Below, piece by piece: positions 60,620 to 64,000 of a stretch of DNA of 64,000 nucleotides. The position numbers and the translations under genes are program-made. The notes below the pieces were generated by a model. The model worked only from the letters and a program-made list of their open reading frames with translations, searched no databases and was not told where the DNA came from. Within the stretch, counting starts at the first letter, position 1. Each line of letters starts with the position of its first letter. The DNA lies in the NCBI GenBank assembly GCA_963662545.2, contig CAXXLL010000002.1, positions 2,048,001 through 2,112,000 on the forward strand. The letters run 5' to 3'. The DNA comes from Gammaproteobacteria bacterium. Lineage in GTDB: Bacteria > Pseudomonadota > Gammaproteobacteria > Ga0077536.

Positions 60620-60715
60620 ACCTAACGCTATGTTCAGCTGCGTTTGACGACGACTGACTAGAGCGGTAGCGCACTGAAGGAGCGGTCAAACGTCAGCTGG
60701 AACATTTTGTTAGAT
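60620..60715 (-). mobile_element. Integron attC recombination site
   Basis: Minus strand ATCTAAC-AAAATG-TTCCAGCTGACG...CGCAGCTGAA-CATAGC-GTTAGGT: RYYYAAC and GTTRRRY cores with paired L boxes and an unpaired base; lies just downstream of a co-oriented ORF. Confidence 0.8.
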
Positions 60716-60735
60716 GGAAGTTCGCGTCTTCAGCC

Positions 60736-61188
60736 CTACTTCTCCAGCGTTGCTCCAAAGCGACCCAAGATTTCCACGATTTTGGGCACGTCCGTGGGCT
60801 GCGGTATACCTGGCGCCACTTCCTCCGAAATAGACTTAAACATGGCGATCGACTGACTTCCCTCACCAGTAATCTCCATCATCGTCGTGCCATCCTCGCA
60901 GATCCGGAACCCGTGTACTGTGCCTGCTGGTAGGTGGAAAAACGTCCCGGCGACTGCGCGCGACGTTTTATCTTCGTATGTGAAATCCACTTCGCCTTTT
61001 ACGACGAAAAACGATTCGTCCCACGGATGGGCATGTGGCGGTGGGCCCGATCCTTCGTTACCTATTTGCAGCGTTATTTCGTAGCCGCCAGTTGCTTCCT
61101 TAGAAGCCAGAACCATTACGTCTACCCCGACCACGCTATGGGGTTCCGGGTAATTCTGCGGGCCAATATCGAAGGCTTGCTTGCTCAT
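60736..61188 (-). CDS. Cupin domain protein (gene cassette)
   Basis: GPPPHAHPWDESFFV..G, HLPAGTVHGF; GAGGAG RBS before ATG 61188. Confidence 0.88.
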   Translation of the reverse strand: MSKQAFDIGPQNYPEPHSVVGVDVMVLASKEATGGYEITLQIGNEGSGPPPHAHPWDESFFVVKGEVDFTYEDKTSRAVAGTFFHLPAGTVHGFRICEDGTTMMEITGEGSQSIAMFKSISEEVAPGIPQPTDVPKIVEILGRFGATLEK

Positions 61189-61355
61189 GGGTAGCTCCTC
61201 ATGTTGCGCAACGCATTCAGCACGTTTGTCCAGAAAATCATCATAGCTATGCGAGATCATACGCCTCAAAGGGATTCGCTGGTTCGAACAAAAAAGGTGT
61301 CAGGTTTATTTACTTGGAAGATGGGGTAAATAAACTCGATACGATTCCTTTTGCC

Positions 61356-61808
61356 TCATAACCACCGCCGTACTTTACCCTTATACGTCAAGTATTCCTC
61401 GCCAAAAAGTTCCTCTAGAAACTCTTCCTCGCGGGAAATGAACTGGTAACGAATCAACCATACAAATATGGGAATAGGAAGGAACGCAGCTGCACTGCCT
61501 AGAAATAATGCCACACCAACGAGTGCCATAACCATACCCAGATACATTGGATTACGGGTAAACCGGAACAGCCCGCTTGTCATAACTACCGTTGATTTCT
61601 CAAAAGGAACTACGGGCGTTCCAACTCTCAAGAACGCACCGGCCGCCACAGCAGCAACGCAAATTCCACCCACTACGAGCGGTATCCCGGTATATCTCAA
61701 AGGCGTTGAAAGCAGTTGATAGATTGGGGCGAGATAGTGCAGCGCGATCATCAGTGTGAGCGATACGAAAAAATAGATCGGCGGATACGGTTTGCCTTTA
61801 TATTCCAC
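61356..61808 (-). CDS. Isoprenylcysteine carboxylmethyltransferase/PEMT family membrane protein
   Basis: GLFRFTRNPMYLG, EEEFLEELFGEEY..YK.KVRRW. Confidence 0.9.
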   Translation of the reverse strand: MEYKGKPYPPIYFFVSLTLMIALHYLAPIYQLLSTPLRYTGIPLVVGGICVAAVAAGAFLRVGTPVVPFEKSTVVMTSGLFRFTRNPMYLGMVMALVGVALFLGSAAAFLPIPIFVWLIRYQFISREEEFLEELFGEEYLTYKGKVRRWL

Positions 61809-61872
61809 GAGTACCTCTAGTCACCTGAGGCCGCTGATGAGTCGTGCTTTGCAGGTGCGCTTTCTTAGCTTA

Positions 61873-62178
61873 TTAAGTGGCGCTTCCGGCGTATACGTTC
61901 TCATAGTGCTCAACGTTGGGAAATGGATCGTAATAATGATGCAGAAGTTCTTTCCATTCTTGATATTCAGGTGACCCTCTGAATCCTTTCGTGTGGTCTT
62001 CCAAGGTTTCCCAATTTACGAGAAGTATGTACCGATTAGTGTTTTCGATACTGCGTTCCAATCGGTGATCGATATAGCCATGCACCGAAGAGATTATTCG
62101 CTGAGCCGTCTCGAAGGCTTGCTGGAAATCGTCTTCCTGACCAGGAATCACATCGAGTATGGCAACCTCTAGGACCAT
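61873..62178 (-). CDS. Antibiotic biosynthesis monooxygenase family protein
   Basis: MVLEVAILDV.PG, LLVNWETLEDHTKGFRGS.EYQEWK.LLHHYYDPFP. Confidence 0.9.
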   Translation of the reverse strand: MVLEVAILDVIPGQEDDFQQAFETAQRIISSVHGYIDHRLERSIENTNRYILLVNWETLEDHTKGFRGSPEYQEWKELLHHYYDPFPNVEHYENVYAGSAT

Positions 62179-62189
62179 GACATAGCAAC

Positions 62190-62288
62190 TTTCCGATTAA
62201 GCTCAGCCGCACCTGACGGCAACCGAGCGGAGCGGCAGCGAAGAAAGGGCGCGGTCAACACGGGCGAGCTGTAACGTTTCTTGTTAAT
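62190..62288 (-). mobile_element. Degenerate attC-like site
   Basis: Minus strand ATTAAC..TTACAGCT..GTTGACCGC...GCGGCTGAGCTTAAT; R' core not intact. Confidence 0.4.
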
Positions 62289-62297
62289 CCAATGCTT

Positions 62298-62802
62298 AGG
62301 CGGCTTTAAGGTGCGCCTTATCGAGGCGGTCTAGATTTGCGCATATTTGGATTGAGCTTGTCGATATCTTCCTTAACTTGCATTTTACTTCAACGCGCTT
62401 TCGTACGGTGCGCTACTATTTCGCCAAAAAACAGTTTCCGATGTTTTGCAAGCGCTGCTAAGCGAATTGCCAATCACCCAACAGCCCATTTCAGTTTGAC
62501 GTACGCACCTCGTTTGCGTTAAAACCGGCGATTCGTTTCGCAGTGAGACCCTGAATCTCAGCAGATTTTGCACTTCACGCTTTGACAAGCGCGATTGAAA
62601 GCGGTGGCATCGACCTTAAAGCGCTTCGATTGCCTGTGCAGGGACCCTGGACCTGTCGTTTAACCTCGTTATCTCATCACCAATCTCGACGCCACCACCT
62701 TTCCTTCGCCCATGTTCATGCGGCCGCTTAAGAACTAACCTATGAGGCGGCTTTAAGGTGCGCCTTATCGAGGCGGTCTAGATTTGCGCATATTTGGATT
62801 GA
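62298..62802. repeat. Exact 58-bp direct repeat (62298-62355 and 62745-62802)
   Basis: AGGCGGCTTTAAGGTGCGCCTTATCGAGGCGGTCTAGATTTGCGCATATTTGGATTGA occurs twice, 447 bp apart. Confidence 0.95.
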
Positions 62803-63055
62803 CGACCTCTATTTCACTAATACGTTTTGATAGGACGACGACGTCAGTATTTTGGCCGTTCTCCATTCGAACTTTAATTTTCTCAGTGTCCATTTTCATT
62901 AGATCTAATTGTCCCCAGGTTCCGGTCCTGTAATTCCCACCCACGTCAACGATAAAGATTCTCGGTTGTCACCGACCCCTTTATGCTCCTTACACGTGGA
63001 CTCCATCGGTTGTATGGTGAATGTTGCCCTTCAATTGTTAGCTCAATTCGCTCTT

Positions 63056-64000
63056 TCAGAATTTTGATGAGCAGGTAATCGCGACTTGTTCTATATGCCG
63101 GTGATCGGTACCGCAGCAACCGCCAAACACGTTCAATTGCGGAAGTCGGTCTTTAAGATCGGCGTACTCCCGACCAAATTCCTCTGGATTGCCGCTGTCG
63201 AGCTCTTTCGCTTCGTCTAACTCGGCATGGCTCATTCTTGACGCGTTTGCTCTCAATCCATGTATCCGTTCCACCCAAGGTTCCTTCTTTTCGATAGTCG
63301 ATTGGAAATGCGTCGGATGCGCACAACTGACCATAAAATATGCGGGAAATCCGCCAGTCTCAGCGTCCACCTGCTCAATAGCGGACCTCAGACTTTGGCC
63401 AGTTGGTAAGTTACCGTCCGTCTCAACCGTAAACGCTATCGCAACCGGAATCTTTGAATCACGCGCCGCCAGAGCGATTCCAATGGCTTCTTCGACGTAG
63501 TTAATCGTGATACCGCACACCATGTCGGCTGCCGTTTCCGCGAATACGCCAACCTGCTGGGAATGATAATTTTCTGCTTGTGCTGAGGACATAGCCGAGT
63601 CGGGAACATAGCCGTCTCCCTTAGGTCCGACGCAGCCGCTTATAACCACTGGACGGTCGTCGCTTTCGTACAGCGATCGAATATCCGAAAGAAAACTGAT
63701 CGCTTCGCGGTTTATTTCTGCAAGATCGTAGGTTGAATAGCTTAACTTCGAACCCCAATCCGCATTAGCTCGCCAAGTCGCGCTCTCAAGAATCATGCCG
63801 CTTCCAGAGCGTTTCGCTATTTCTGCATACGCGCAGTAGTAATCTCTAAGCGCCTCTCTCCCCTTGTCGTCCCGGAGAAGCGGGAAAGATGCGAAGTGCG
63901 GAAGAGCGAAGCCCTTCAGAAAGATTAGAGTCGTTTCGATACCTCCATCGGTCAGAAACATCTTGTTACTGAGCTGAGGGAGAGATGCGCGATACTTGCT
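63056..64000 (-). CDS. Homocysteine S-methyltransferase family protein (5' end beyond the window)
   Basis: FLTDGGIETTL, GCVGPKGDGY, SCAHP, GGCCGTD Zn ligands; frame open to the window edge. Confidence 0.9.
   Translation of the reverse strand, partial: SKYRASLPQLSNKMFLTDGGIETTLIFLKGFALPHFASFPLLRDDKGREALRDYYCAYAEIAKRSGSGMILESATWRANADWGSKLSYSTYDLAEINREAISFLSDIRSLYESDDRPVVISGCVGPKGDGYVPDSAMSSAQAENYHSQQVGVFAETAADMVCGITINYVEEAIGIALAARDSKIPVAIAFTVETDGNLPTGQSLRSAIEQVDAETGGFPAYFMVSCAHPTHFQSTIEKKEPWVERIHGLRANASRMSHAELDEAKELDSGNPEEFGREYADLKDRLPQLNVFGGCCGTDHRHIEQVAITCSSKF

Noticed and set aside
60263-60625. 120-aa plus-strand ORF
   Set aside because: It is antisense to the recognisable hicB/hicA genes
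62298-62802. CRISPR array suggested by direct repeats (also 6470 and 44297)
   Set aside because: Only two copies each, no regular spacers and no cas genes
60159-63027. 11-bp repeat GTGAATGTTGC at 60159 and 63017 as island boundaries
   Set aside because: Too short to distinguish from chance, and the cassette-like region continues past the second copy
1-64000. Genome-wide reassignment of TAG to an amino acid
   Set aside because: Many genes end in TAG at family-typical C-termini (4604, 16452, 17369, 30705, 60736), so TAG is a normal stop here

Overview
High-GC bacterial chromosomal window, probably Gammaproteobacteria (inferred from the panB-tesB, icmF-btuF-like-DUF1289 and GTAG-type REP context). 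It is dominated by catabolic genes. 1-17 kb holds at least five luciferase-like (LLM) oxidoreductases plus the end of a probable sixth, and a strongly diverged three-subunit acetone-carboxylase-family enzyme in alpha-gamma-beta order. 18-42 kb is an acyl-CoA cluster: ACADs, crotonases, a CaiB CoA-transferase, an HMGS-like/DUF35 fusion beside an SCP2-type thiolase (PhlABC-like architecture), a MatB-like ligase, MaoC/CitE, a haloalkane dehalogenase, panB, tesB and TetR-icmF. An AT-richer wzx/GT islet lies at about 42.4-47.7 kb. 48-60 kb carries CoxD/CoxE, acuI, a FadB-like enzyme, an amidohydrolase, ada and a second CitE. The right end is a decaying integron-like cassette array with one clear attC site and a broken hicBA pair missed by the ORF track. 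Structural features read directly from the sequence include a displaced duplicate of the tesB 3' end flanking a 1.1 kb islet, a 25-bp IS5-like palindrome with a CTAA target duplication, exact 24-, 35- and 58-bp duplications, a 5' frameshift in the carboxylase beta gene, and amber stops at probable Trp codons in two enzymes. No rRNA, tRNA or CRISPR array was seen. All product calls come from motif recognition by eye; no searches were run.
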